From the IMG/VR virus record IMGVR_UViG_3300034025_000053, positions 1 to 64,000 of that record: DNA of 64,000 nt; one strand, 5' to 3'. Shown here in pieces: positions 33,061 through 42,271 of this stretch (position 1 is its first letter; the number at the start of each line of letters is the position of its first letter). The notes below the pieces were generated by a model. It ran no database searches. It was given only the letters and a program-made list of their open reading frames with translations, and was not told the origin of the DNA. Source of the stretch: a virus. The position numbers and the translations under genes were made by a program.

Positions 33061-33069
33061 AATGAGGGC

Positions 33070-36000
33070 ATGAAATCTCCACGCCTCCTGCTGCTCAAAG
33101 CCGCCACGATCCCAGAGAACGCCCACTGGATTACGGTCCACCCGAACGGCGCAGGCAAGGGCCAGGCCGTACTGATCCAGCCCCAGCAGGACGGATCGGC
33201 GGTCGTCATCGGCGGCGCCGGCGGCAGCCTGAACCACCTGCGCTTGCGCGGCGTCAAATCCCATTCGGACTACAAGGCCGAGGCGGGCGCCAAGGCGGAC
33301 GAGCGCCGGGAAGCTAAGAAAGCCCAGACAAAGGCCGACAAGGCGTCTGGCGCCCACGAAGCGAAGAAGGAGGCCCGGGAGAGCATCCAGGCGCAGCGCA
33401 AGGCCGCTGAGCGCTCCGTAATCGATTCCGTGGCCAAGAAGGCGGGGTGGAAGGACTCCGATTTGGCGTTTCCCGAGGCCGATTACGCCCACCTGTCCGA
33501 AAAAGCGCTCGGCAAGGTCAAGGACAGCCACCACGCCCAGCTGCTTAAGCGCGCCAAGGAAGTGATCAAGCAGAGCCGGGAAAAGCTGGTCAACGATGCC
33601 TCGGCCCGCGCCGACGCCGGAATCGGCGAGTTGCCGCTGTTCTCCGATGATCCGGATCACCTGGCCGTTTCCGACCTCGACCCGGTGAAGGCGCACGGCG
33701 CCGGCCTGGGCTTCCAGGCGGACTACAAGGGCCGATCGACCGAAGCCGGGCTCAGCCAGGAGGCGCTGGCGGCCGAGGCACAGCAGGTCAAGCTGGCCGG
33801 GATGACGGAGGAGCAGCGCAAGGCAGCTTTTGCCCGCGGCGAGGCCGCCAACCTGATCAAGCAGGAACTGGCCGGCATCAAGGAGCCCGCGGCGCCCAAG
33901 GCGGACGCCTCGCTGCTGAGCGCCCAAGAGGCGCTGGAGCTGGTCAAGGAGGGCAAGAAGCTGGCCGACATCGAGCGCCAGGCCCGGGATGCGCATGCTG
34001 ACGTGGACCGCGCCGTCGGCGAGCCCAAGGCTTTCGTGCTGGAAGTGAGCGGCGACGTCGACGCGGCCGTCAAGGAAGACCTGGCGAACGATCTGCGCAC
34101 ACTGCAGACCTCGGCATTCCTGTCGGAAGTCGGCAAGATCGCCGGCGGCAACCCGACCGAGAGCCTGGGCGGGCATATCGGAGTTGGCGCCTACAACAGC
34201 ATCAACGCCCTGGCGCTGGCCGTGGGCGGGGACGCGCTGGTCGATCGCTCGGTGGTCGACGTCCTGGGCATCGCCGGCGCTGCGCAGGTGCTGGCGCGCC
34301 GCGTGCACGCTGATCTGTCGCCGGAGGAAGTCGAGCACGTCGCCAACGGGATCCAGGACTGGCACGTCAACCACTACACCGCCACCACCACCAACGCGCT
34401 GAAGAAGGCGCGCGACCTGCAGGAGGCGGCCAGCGCGATCGAGCTGTCTCCAGACGCAAAGAACGGCGCTGACCTGGCGGTTGCCCAGGAACTGAACGCC
34501 AGGCGCCGGGCCGCGATCGGCGACGCGCAGCGGATCCTCGGCCAGGCCATGGGGGAAATGGAGGCCAATGCCGCCCTGGTGGTGGCCATAAAGGGCCCGG
34601 GCACCGGCGCGTTCCAGGTCTCCCTGGGCAAGACGGCGCCCGAGCAGGCCATCCAGCAGGTGCGCGCGATCGGCCTCCAGACGGGCGACTATTCGCTCGA
34701 GAAGGTCGCCGGCGACACCTTCCTCACCGTCACGCCAGCCGGCATGGACCGTCTGGCCAAGCCGGTGAACCGGGAAGACGTGCAGCAGGTGCGCCGCAAC
34801 CTGGCGATCATCCGCGGGGATGACGACGAGGATGGCTGGCTGCCGCTGGGCGTGGCCAACCGGCCCGACCTGGCCATGGACGTCAAACCAGGGATCGCCG
34901 AGCGCCTGGCGCAGCCGATCGAGCCTGGCCCTGATCTGCAAGCATCGCTTCGCACGTATATCGGCGCTCGCACCGCTGACGGCGATGCTGTCGCAGATAT
35001 CCTCTCCGATGTGCAGTCGGCCGACTTCTTCCAGAAGATGGGCGCCGGCCGCGCCGAGGAGTACCGCCAGGCGCTGGACGCGGTGGCGCCGCTCAAGGAT
35101 GCCGACGGCGCCCAGCAGCGCGCGGAGGCCCTGGGCGAGACGTTCGAGAAATACGCGGACGACCACGTTGCCCAGCTGGGCGGCGACCGCAGCACCCTGA
35201 ACAGCCAGAAGTTCAAGGTCGACCAGAAATCCGTGGATGCGCTGCACCGGGCCCTGGCCGAGACGCCCGAGGGCACGGCCGCCTACAAGCAGATCGGCGA
35301 GCTCACGAACAAGGACCAGAGCGCGCTGCGTGACTTTTTCTACAAGAACATCGCCAAGGAATCGCCCGAAGCCGGCAAGATGCGCGCCGAGCTGGAGCAG
35401 CTGCACGCGTCCGAGCCGCAGCGGGAAACGAACGACATGTTCGGCGATGCGGTGCCCAACCCGGAATGGAAGGACTGGCGCGCGACCCGCGACAACCTTA
35501 CCGAGAAGCTGAACTCCAGCTCCCTCACCTGGGGCAAGTACTTGAAATCGATGCGCGGCAACGAGAAGGCCTACGAGGCGGTGCAGGATGCGATCAAGTC
35601 CAAGGTGGCCGCCACCTTCGTGGACGCACACAACAAGCTGAACCCGGGCGCACCGATCAAGCTGGGCAAGCGGGTCATCCGGAACAACTTGGACCACCTG
35701 GACGCGGTCGACCCGGCCGCTCGCGATTCCCGAATGGCGAAGGAAAAGGCCATGATCGATGGGCTGCGGAACCGTTCCGAGGGAAAATATGCCGCCGGCG
35801 GCGTATCCGAGAAGATCGGAGCCGCGAAAGAGCATACGGCGGCGCTGGACCACGCCCAGATGGGGTTTTTCTCGGCCGAGGAAGCGCCTGCGGCTACTTC
35901 GGCCGGCGCCACGGCCGGGCTGGGCAGCGACGAGCGCCACACCCTGGGGCATGCGGCCGAGCGCCAAATCGCCGGGATGATGGGTCACGTGGGCGCGAAC

Positions 36001-37608
36001 TTCAAACCCGGGCAGCCGACCAAGCTGTGGGGCGTCTCGATGTCCGGCAAGTACGCCGCCCAGCAGCGCGCGATCAAGCTGCTGGCCGCCAACAAGCGCA
36101 TGGCGCTGGCCGCCGGCGCCGGCAGCGGCAAGACCAACATGATGCTGGGCGCGCACGCGCACCTGGCGGGCCTTGGCAAGGTCAAACGGTCCATCATGAT
36201 GGTTCCATCCATCGTGCAGGGCCAGTTCAATGGAGAGGCGCTGCGCCTGCTGGAGGCGGGGAAGTTCAAGGCGCACATCCAGCCCGGGGCGTCGCAGGCC
36301 GAGCGGATCGCCGCCTACAAGGATCCGGATACGCATATTTGCGTCATGACGCACCAGTCGTTCCGCGACGACATGATCCACCTGGGAGCGCAGCACGCCG
36401 GCGTGGACGAGGCGGCGCTGACAGCGAAGGTCGCCTCGATGACTGGTCCGGAGCGCAAGCAGTGGGCCGCCGATGTCATGGCGCACCACGGCATCAAATT
36501 CGATGCATCGTTCGTCGATGAGGCGCACGACACCCTGAACCGCGCCGGCAAGGAGAATTCCAGCCTGTCGAACGTGTCGGATGCCGTCACCGAGAACACG
36601 CCGTATTACACCTACGCCAGCGGCGACCCGGTAAAGAACGACGCCAGCGAGATCCACTCCATGCTCCAGAAGATGGATCCGGAGCGCTACGCCGATCGCG
36701 CAGCCTTCATGCGCCGGTATGGCGCCGACACGATCTCCAGCAAGCAGGCGCTCCAGCGCGAGATGGCGCGGTACGTGTTCCCCACCTCGATCACTCCGGA
36801 CGTCGCCGTCAGCCGCAAGGAAGAAAAGGTTGCCCTCTCCGGTGGCCAGAAGGCGGCGCTTGGCCAGCTGGACAAGCACCTGGCGCGCGCCCGGATGGCG
36901 CACCGCGCCGGCAAGGTCGACGTCGACGCGGCGCGGGGCATCTCGCCCAACTCGTTCGCCGGGGTGCCAGAGTCTGAGCACGAGAAGGTGGCGGCCGCGC
37001 TGCAAAAGTCGATCGGGATCCTGAAATCGTCGGCCATGAACCGGATCATCAACTCGCACGCCGACAACGCCAAGGTCGACCACGCCGTCAAGATGGTGGC
37101 CGACCGCCCGGGTAAGCAGGGGGTGATCTTCGCGCGCAACCGCGAGAGCGTCGAGCAGTACAAAAATGCTATGGAAAAGGCCGGCAAGCGGGTGGTGGTG
37201 ATCACCGGCTCGGACAGCGCCAAGGAAAAGGACCGTAAGCGCCGCCTGTTCAATCCGGAGAGCGGCGAGGCCCAGGCGGACATCCTGATCGCCTCGGACG
37301 CCGGCGCCGTCGGCATGAACCTGCAATCGGGCCAATACCTGATCCAGCACGATGTGAGCCAGACCGCCAAGACGCACAGCCAGCGCAACGCCAGGATCCA
37401 CCGCCTGGGCCAGAAGAACGGCGTCGAGCTGATCGACCTGGTGGCCGACCATGCCGAGGAAAAGCGCTCGCGCGATCGGCTGGAGAAGAAATACGCACTG
37501 AAGGACCTGATGGCCTCGCCGCTGGACGGTATTGACGACACGGGCGTGGCCGGAGCCATCAAGGCGCGCCGCGTCGAGGCGCAAGCCGCACAAGGGGGGA
37601 TGTTCTGA
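33070..37608 (+). CDS. large polyvalent-type virion-associated protein with a C-terminal SNF2-family helicase (1512 aa)
   Basis: N-terminal HWITVHPNG..VLI..GGAGG motif. Long charged helical region. Walker A AAGAGSGKT (about 36112), DEAH-type FVDEAHD (about 36511). Helicase-C motifs ASDAGAVGMNLQ and QRNARIHRLGQ. Confidence 0.85.
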   Translation: MKSPRLLLLKAATIPENAHWITVHPNGAGKGQAVLIQPQQDGSAVVIGGAGGSLNHLRLRGVKSHSDYKAEAGAKADERREAKKAQTKADKASGAHEAKKEARESIQAQRKAAERSVIDSVAKKAGWKDSDLAFPEADYAHLSEKALGKVKDSHHAQLLKRAKEVIKQSREKLVNDASARADAGIGELPLFSDDPDHLAVSDLDPVKAHGAGLGFQADYKGRSTEAGLSQEALAAEAQQVKLAGMTEEQRKAAFARGEAANLIKQELAGIKEPAAPKADASLLSAQEALELVKEGKKLADIERQARDAHADVDRAVGEPKAFVLEVSGDVDAAVKEDLANDLRTLQTSAFLSEVGKIAGGNPTESLGGHIGVGAYNSINALALAVGGDALVDRSVVDVLGIAGAAQVLARRVHADLSPEEVEHVANGIQDWHVNHYTATTTNALKKARDLQEAASAIELSPDAKNGADLAVAQELNARRRAAIGDAQRILGQAMGEMEANAALVVAIKGPGTGAFQVSLGKTAPEQAIQQVRAIGLQTGDYSLEKVAGDTFLTVTPAGMDRLAKPVNREDVQQVRRNLAIIRGDDDEDGWLPLGVANRPDLAMDVKPGIAERLAQPIEPGPDLQASLRTYIGARTADGDAVADILSDVQSADFFQKMGAGRAEEYRQALDAVAPLKDADGAQQRAEALGETFEKYADDHVAQLGGDRSTLNSQKFKVDQKSVDALHRALAETPEGTAAYKQIGELTNKDQSALRDFFYKNIAKESPEAGKMRAELEQLHASEPQRETNDMFGDAVPNPEWKDWRATRDNLTEKLNSSSLTWGKYLKSMRGNEKAYEAVQDAIKSKVAATFVDAHNKLNPGAPIKLGKRVIRNNLDHLDAVDPAARDSRMAKEKAMIDGLRNRSEGKYAAGGVSEKIGAAKEHTAALDHAQMGFFSAEEAPAATSAGATAGLGSDERHTLGHAAERQIAGMMGHVGANFKPGQPTKLWGVSMSGKYAAQQRAIKLLAANKRMALAAGAGSGKTNMMLGAHAHLAGLGKVKRSIMMVPSIVQGQFNGEALRLLEAGKFKAHIQPGASQAERIAAYKDPDTHICVMTHQSFRDDMIHLGAQHAGVDEAALTAKVASMTGPERKQWAADVMAHHGIKFDASFVDEAHDTLNRAGKENSSLSNVSDAVTENTPYYTYASGDPVKNDASEIHSMLQKMDPERYADRAAFMRRYGADTISSKQALQREMARYVFPTSITPDVAVSRKEEKVALSGGQKAALGQLDKHLARARMAHRAGKVDVDAARGISPNSFAGVPESEHEKVAAALQKSIGILKSSAMNRIINSHADNAKVDHAVKMVADRPGKQGVIFARNRESVEQYKNAMEKAGKRVVVITGSDSAKEKDRKRRLFNPESGEAQADILIASDAGAVGMNLQSGQYLIQHDVSQTAKTHSQRNARIHRLGQKNGVELIDLVADHAEEKRSRDRLEKKYALKDLMASPLDGIDDTGVAGAIKARRVEAQAAQGGMF

Positions 37609-37865
37609 TGAAGAAGCACATGGAAAAGGTACGCGGCAGCCTGGGCGATCTCGCCGGCCTGGCGGGCAAGACGGAGGCTGCTGAGCGGAACATCTTCAAG
37701 GCGGCCACACGGCGGCTCGATACGGTGCTTGCCGAGATCGAGCGCGCGCACACCGGCATCGAGGCGGCCACTGATGCATCGCAGGATCGCTATCTGGCCC
37801 TGCTCGAGGAGCGCGGCCAGCTTCAGATTGTGATCGCAAAGGCACGCAAGGAACTTGGCATCTAA
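37608..37865 (+). CDS. coiled-coil protein (85 aa)
   Basis: Track ORF with an ATGA overlap with the upstream stop. Confidence 0.55.
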   Translation: MKKHMEKVRGSLGDLAGLAGKTEAAERNIFKAATRRLDTVLAEIERAHTGIEAATDASQDRYLALLEERGQLQIVIAKARKELGI

Positions 37866-37874
37866 CACCGAGGG

Positions 37875-37893
37875 TCTGTCGTGACGCCAACAT
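37875..37893 (+). promoter_or_regulatory. TCGTGACGCCAACAT motif copy at the 37881 gene start
   Basis: tctgTCGTGACGCCAACAT. The GTG start candidate lies inside the motif. Confidence 0.4.
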
Positions 37894-38807
37894 GGCGTCA
37901 AATGAACACTGACGCTCACATCAATTCCGGCATGGCCGACCTCCTCAGCATCGAAATGATGTTGAAGGCGACGCCGTCCGAAGAGCGCGGCAAACGCTTC
38001 ATATACCTGGAGGCGTCCCGCGAGGAGCGTGATCAGCACAACGAAGTCGTCCTGGCGAAAGCGCTGGAGGATTCGGCAGACCACTACCTCAAGTTCGGCA
38101 ACATCGATCTGGACCACAAGACTATGCCGGCGGTTGCAAAGCTGCACGGTATCACGCGCCCAGATCTCTGGGAGATTGGCGCGCCAGTCGAGGTCCGAGT
38201 CGACGGCATCTCCACCTTCGTGAAAGCCGAGCTGTTCACCGGCGCCACCGACCTGGCTGAGAAAGCCAACATGGTCTGGGACAGCATGACGAAGCTGCAA
38301 CCGGCCCGAAAATGGTATCCGTCCGTCGGCGGCAAGATCATGAAGAAGTCGATGACGCTCGACGAGAAGAGCGGCGACAAGATTGCCGTTGTCAGCGGGG
38401 TCCGTTGGACCAACATCGCGCTCAGCCAGCATCCAGTGAACCAGCACGTCGGTGGCATCGCCACGATCCCGTTCGGCGTTCTTGCGAAGTCCTGGAGCGC
38501 AGATGGCCTGGATATCGCCAAGGCGCTCGAGGCCAGTTACGCGACCGACGCTGGGTCCAAGACCGGTGGCGCTGCCTTCGGTCAGCAATCACTCGATACG
38601 GGCCGCCACGCGCCTGCATCGTATTTCGAATTCCGCGAGGGGTTGGCGGGGGCGCTGCGTAGCGGTGCCGCCAAAGATCAATCTGCGAATGGCCTGGTGC
38701 AGTACGCGACCGGGAATTTCTCGCTGTCTCATGACGAGGCCGCGGACTGGGTAGATCGCTTTTTGAGTGATTTGAAATCGGGTCGTACCAAACAAACCAA
38801 GAGGTAA
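37881..38807 (+). CDS. putative prohead protease or head-maturation protein (308 aa; GTG 37881 or ATG 37902)
   Basis: Function inferred mostly from position, upstream of scaffold and capsid. RBS GAGGG lies before the GTG. Confidence 0.4.
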   Translation: MTPTWRQMNTDAHINSGMADLLSIEMMLKATPSEERGKRFIYLEASREERDQHNEVVLAKALEDSADHYLKFGNIDLDHKTMPAVAKLHGITRPDLWEIGAPVEVRVDGISTFVKAELFTGATDLAEKANMVWDSMTKLQPARKWYPSVGGKIMKKSMTLDEKSGDKIAVVSGVRWTNIALSQHPVNQHVGGIATIPFGVLAKSWSADGLDIAKALEASYATDAGSKTGGAAFGQQSLDTGRHAPASYFEFREGLAGALRSGAAKDQSANGLVQYATGNFSLSHDEAADWVDRFLSDLKSGRTKQTKR

Positions 38808-38811
38808 TTCT

Positions 38812-39453
38812 ATGAGCACCAAAGAAGCAACGAGCAATTACGACGAGCTGCTGAAGGCGATCGCCGATGTTGGCGACGAAGCAGACACCCTGGCCAAGGC
38901 CGAAGCGCCAGCCAAGACCGCACCTGCGCCAGATGACGCAGCGATCGCGTCCGCCGCCAAAGAAGGCGAAGGCGACGACGACAAGGTCGACGAGGAAGTC
39001 GTGTTCAGCAAGGCCCTGTCCGTGGTCGATGCTGAAGGCAACCCGGTCGATGCGATCGACGCCACCGACATGATCAAGTCGCTCCAGGATAAGGTTGGCG
39101 AGCAGGATAACGTACTGGCCAAGGCGCTGGGCGGCATCGGCACCATCCTGAAAAAGCAGAATGACCTGATCAAGTCGCTGCAGGACGGCATGAGCAAACT
39201 GGCCAACCAGGGCACCGGCCGCAAGGCAGTGTTCATGGCGGTTGAGAAGCCTGGTGTTGGCGGCGGCGACCTGGCCAAGTCGGGCGCTGCAACCGAAGGC
39301 GCCTTGTCGCTCGACGAGTTCTTCGTCAAGGCCGAGACCGCTTTCGCTGCCAAAAAGCTCACCGGCCAAGAGTTCAACACGATCGACGTCTGCCGGCGCA
39401 TGAATTCGCCGATCGACCCGGCGTTGATCCGCAAAGTCGCGCTCTCGGCGTAA
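38812..39453 (+). CDS. putative scaffolding protein (213 aa)
   Basis: Acidic, Ala/Lys-rich, helical protein immediately upstream of the capsid gene. Confidence 0.55.
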   Translation: MSTKEATSNYDELLKAIADVGDEADTLAKAEAPAKTAPAPDDAAIASAAKEGEGDDDKVDEEVVFSKALSVVDAEGNPVDAIDATDMIKSLQDKVGEQDNVLAKALGGIGTILKKQNDLIKSLQDGMSKLANQGTGRKAVFMAVEKPGVGGGDLAKSGAATEGALSLDEFFVKAETAFAAKKLTGQEFNTIDVCRRMNSPIDPALIRKVALSA

Positions 39454-39513
39454 CCAATTCTGACCGGCAACGACTCAGACTTTTTGAAACAAGCATCCTA
39501 AAAAGGAAAAGTT

Positions 39514-41022
39514 ATGGACGCTAATACCCTCGCAGCACAATTTGCCGGTCTGAATCCTGGCGGCGCACCGGTTCTCGGTGGTTCCACCGGCGGTGGCCTG
39601 GACATGATCGGTGATCTGACCAAGGCACTCGAAGCCAGCAACTATACGACCAACGTGGCCGACCTGACCGGCGGCGGCGCACTGGGCATCCAGTCGCTGG
39701 ACACCGCGATGAAGACGACCATTCAGGAGAATGAACACTTCACCCTGATGAACCGCCTGCAGTCCACCAGCGCCACCAACATCGTCGACGAATACAGCCG
39801 TCAGACGAACGTGGGCGGCTTCCTGGGCGGCTCGACCAACTCCCAAATGGGTGTGGTCCGCTCCGCGCAGGGCGAGTACTCGCGTGAAGTAGGCTTGGTC
39901 AAGTTCCTCATGACCCTGCGTCAGGTCGGTTACGTCCTGACCATCGGTAAGAACCTGGCCGAGCCGATCTCCCTGGAAGAGCGCAACGGCGCCCTCCAGC
40001 TGCTGACCGACGCCAACTACCTGCTGTACCACGGCAACGCAGCTGCTTGCCCGGTCCAGTTCGATGGCGTTTTCGCGCAGATCGACGCCGAAATCGCTGC
40101 CGGCCAGATGAGCGGCGACAACGTGGTCGACCTGCAAGGCGTCAAGATCGACAGCATCGACGCGATCTCGCAGATCAACGTAGCGGTTAGCCGGTACGGT
40201 TCGTGGGGCCGCAGCACCGATATCTTCCTGCCGAACTCGGTGCAGAACGACCTCAACAAGTACCTGGACCCATCGTTCCGCTGGACCCCGGCCGGCAGCA
40301 ACACGCCAGTCGTCGGCGGTCACGTCGAAGGTATCCGCCTGACCAACGGCGTCCTGAAGACCAACATGGACACCTTCATCCACGATGAAGAGAATCCGAT
40401 GGTCTACCCGTTCGAAGTGAACAACGCCGCGCTGGCTGCTGCAAACGTGTTGTTCAAGCCGCAGTCGGTCACCGTCGCCGCTGCCACCTCGGATGCTGAG
40501 TCGCAGTTCACCGCTGGCCGCGCTGGTAACTACTACTACGCGGTCGCCTCGATCAGCGCCAAGGGCGAAGGCCTGACCGCCGTGGTCCTGAGCACCCAGA
40601 CCGCAGTGGCAGCTGGCAAGAAGGCCGTGCTGACGATCACCGGCTCGGCATCGAACCTGGAGAGCGGCTACGCGATCTACCGTTCGCGCCAGGACGGCAC
40701 CAACGCGGTGAACGACTTCCGTCTGGTCAAAGTCATCAAGCGCACCGGTGCTACCACCACGTTCACCGACCTGAACCGCGACATCCCTGGCACCGTTTCG
40801 GCTCCCCTGCTGAACATGGCGCCTGGCGCTGACGCGATCGGCTGGCGCCAGTTCCAGCCGATGACCAAGATCCCGCTGCCTTTCGGCATCGGCGGTATGG
40901 CGCAGTACTCGTGGTTCCAGTTCCTGTTCGGCTACCTGCGCATCACCAAGCCGAAGCACCACGGCTACATCAAGAACATTTTGCCGAGCAACGCAAAATG
41001 GCGTCCGCACACCGGCGAGTAA
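39514..41022 (+). CDS. major capsid protein (502 aa)
   Basis: Position after the scaffold. Strong RBS AAAAGGAAAAG. Followed by small decoration-like genes and a strong terminator. Confidence 0.7.
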   Translation: MDANTLAAQFAGLNPGGAPVLGGSTGGGLDMIGDLTKALEASNYTTNVADLTGGGALGIQSLDTAMKTTIQENEHFTLMNRLQSTSATNIVDEYSRQTNVGGFLGGSTNSQMGVVRSAQGEYSREVGLVKFLMTLRQVGYVLTIGKNLAEPISLEERNGALQLLTDANYLLYHGNAAACPVQFDGVFAQIDAEIAAGQMSGDNVVDLQGVKIDSIDAISQINVAVSRYGSWGRSTDIFLPNSVQNDLNKYLDPSFRWTPAGSNTPVVGGHVEGIRLTNGVLKTNMDTFIHDEENPMVYPFEVNNAALAAANVLFKPQSVTVAAATSDAESQFTAGRAGNYYYAVASISAKGEGLTAVVLSTQTAVAAGKKAVLTITGSASNLESGYAIYRSRQDGTNAVNDFRLVKVIKRTGATTTFTDLNRDIPGTVSAPLLNMAPGADAIGWRQFQPMTKIPLPFGIGGMAQYSWFQFLFGYLRITKPKHHGYIKNILPSNAKWRPHTGE

Positions 41023-41086
41023 TCCTGCCGGGCTGAAGTGAACAGTGGGGCACCGAAAGGTGCCCTGCTCATTCAAGGAAAATGAC

Positions 41087-41521
41087 ATGAAAGTTATTTG
41101 CACACTGCCTAACGCCAGCGAGCTGATCAGCGGCGTCAAGTTCAAGAACGTGAAAGACGTCGGTATGGTCTCCGAGGATATCGACGACGAGACGGCGGAG
41201 CTGTTCCTCTCGATCGACGGCTATCTGCCGGCCGACGAGGAAGATGCGCCGAAGGCCAAGCCGGTAGCTGCTGCCAAAGCGCCGGCCGCTGCGCCAGCGC
41301 CGAAGGCGCCGACCAAAGCCGACAAGGCCGCTGCCGAAAAAGCCGCTGCCGAGAAGGCCGCTGCTGACAAGGCTGCTGCCGAGGCCGAGGAAGCTGAGTT
41401 CCAGAAGGCTGAAGCTGAGGCGAAAGCTGCCGAGGAAAAAGAGGCTGCCGCGCTGGCAGCCGCCCAAAAAACCGCTTCGGATACCGATACCAAAGGTTCG
41501 GGCACCGAAGAAACCTTTTAA
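41087..41521 (+). CDS. Ala/Lys/Glu-rich head-associated protein (144 aa)
   Basis: ATG at 41087 preceded by AAGGAAA. Low-complexity AEKAAAEKAAADKAAAEAEEAE region. Confidence 0.55.
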   Translation: MKVICTLPNASELISGVKFKNVKDVGMVSEDIDDETAELFLSIDGYLPADEEDAPKAKPVAAAKAPAAAPAPKAPTKADKAAAEKAAAEKAAADKAAAEAEEAEFQKAEAEAKAAEEKEAAALAAAQKTASDTDTKGSGTEETF

Positions 41522-41530
41522 GGAATTGCC

Positions 41531-41719
41531 ATGCCAGCCCTGACCGCCGCAGAAAAGAAGCTGCTGAACAACGCCACCCCTGGCACCAAGAAAGTCAAGC
41601 TGGGTGACCGCTTGTCGCCTGGTGCTGCTGTAGTGAACGCTACCGACGCAGCTACCGCCATCACGCAGCTCAACGCGTTGCTGGCGGTTCTGCGCACGAA
41701 GGGCATCATCGCACCCTAA
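41531..41719 (+). CDS. small head-module protein (62 aa)
   Basis: Track ORF with RBS AAGGAA. Confidence 0.5.
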   Translation: MPALTAAEKKLLNNATPGTKKVKLGDRLSPGAAVVNATDAATAITQLNALLAVLRTKGIIAP

Positions 41720-41744
41720 CTCGGTTCGCTCAGCACAGAAAAAA

Positions 41745-41770
41745 GGGTCGCTTCTTGCGGCCCTTTTTTT
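41745..41770 (+). terminator. rho-independent terminator
   Basis: GGGTCGC-TTCTT-GCGGCCC followed by TTTTTTT. Confidence 0.8.
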
Positions 41771-41784
41771 CGTCGTGACCGCAG
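41769..41784 (+). promoter_or_regulatory. CGTCGTGAC motif copy after the capsid-operon terminator
   Basis: ttCGTCGTGACcgcag starts within the terminator U tract. Confidence 0.45.
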
Positions 41785-41826
41785 TATTGAAGCTTAAGCG
41801 AACCCTTAATTTCTTGGAGAAATAGA

Positions 41827-42210
41827 ATGCCTAAATTTGCTCACGGTGACGTACTCGACGGTGGCTTGAGCGCCATCAAGTCCGCGGCGACCAAAATGAT
41901 TCTGGTGTCGGCCTACAGTGCCGGCGATTCCTACGCGACGGTACAGGCCAACAAACTGGCCGAGGCCACCATGGTCAACGCGGACTTCACCCTGTCCTCG
42001 AGCGGCAGCAACCGCGTGCTGACCACCGCCGCCGGCAAGAGCGCCATCGCGTCGGCCAGTGCCAGCGGCACGCCTGACCTGCATATCGCCTTCACCGACG
42101 GCTCGGCAAAGGTCTTGTGGGTCACCGACGAGACCAGCAACCAGGCGATCACGAACGGCAACACGGTCAACTTCCCGCAGCTGACCTACACCTCGAACCA
42201 GCCGCAGTAA
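41827..42210 (+). CDS. hypothetical structural protein (127 aa)
   Basis: Track ORF with RBS GGAGAAA. Confidence 0.55.
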   Translation: MPKFAHGDVLDGGLSAIKSAATKMILVSAYSAGDSYATVQANKLAEATMVNADFTLSSSGSNRVLTTAAGKSAIASASASGTPDLHIAFTDGSAKVLWVTDETSNQAITNGNTVNFPQLTYTSNQPQ

Positions 42211-42216
42211 AAGACC

Positions 42217-42246
42217 AGTCCGCCAGCTCACCCTGGCTGGCGGACT
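42217..42246 (+). terminator. 11-bp stem-loop with a weak U tract (attenuator or terminator candidate)
   Basis: AGTCCGCCAGC-N8-GCTGGCGGACT followed by TTAAGG. Confidence 0.4.
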
Positions 42247-42271
42247 TAAGGCAACACGTTCGGAGTAATTT

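Noticed and set aside
33013-37593. 1526-aa minus-strand ORF antisense to the SNF2 polyvalent gene. Similar long antisense ORFs lie at 36687..38588, 31899..33257, 39475..41145, 51980..54022, 56226..57884, 43511..44776, 16963..18333, 9461..11050, 7104..8273, 27142..28332, 19160..20434, 20456..21922 and 3093..4475.
   Set aside because: These are typical shadow ORFs of GC-rich DNA. They are extremely Arg/Ala/Gly/Leu/His-rich with no motifs. Each is fully overlapped by a + strand ORF that carries clear family signatures or coupled start/stop architecture.
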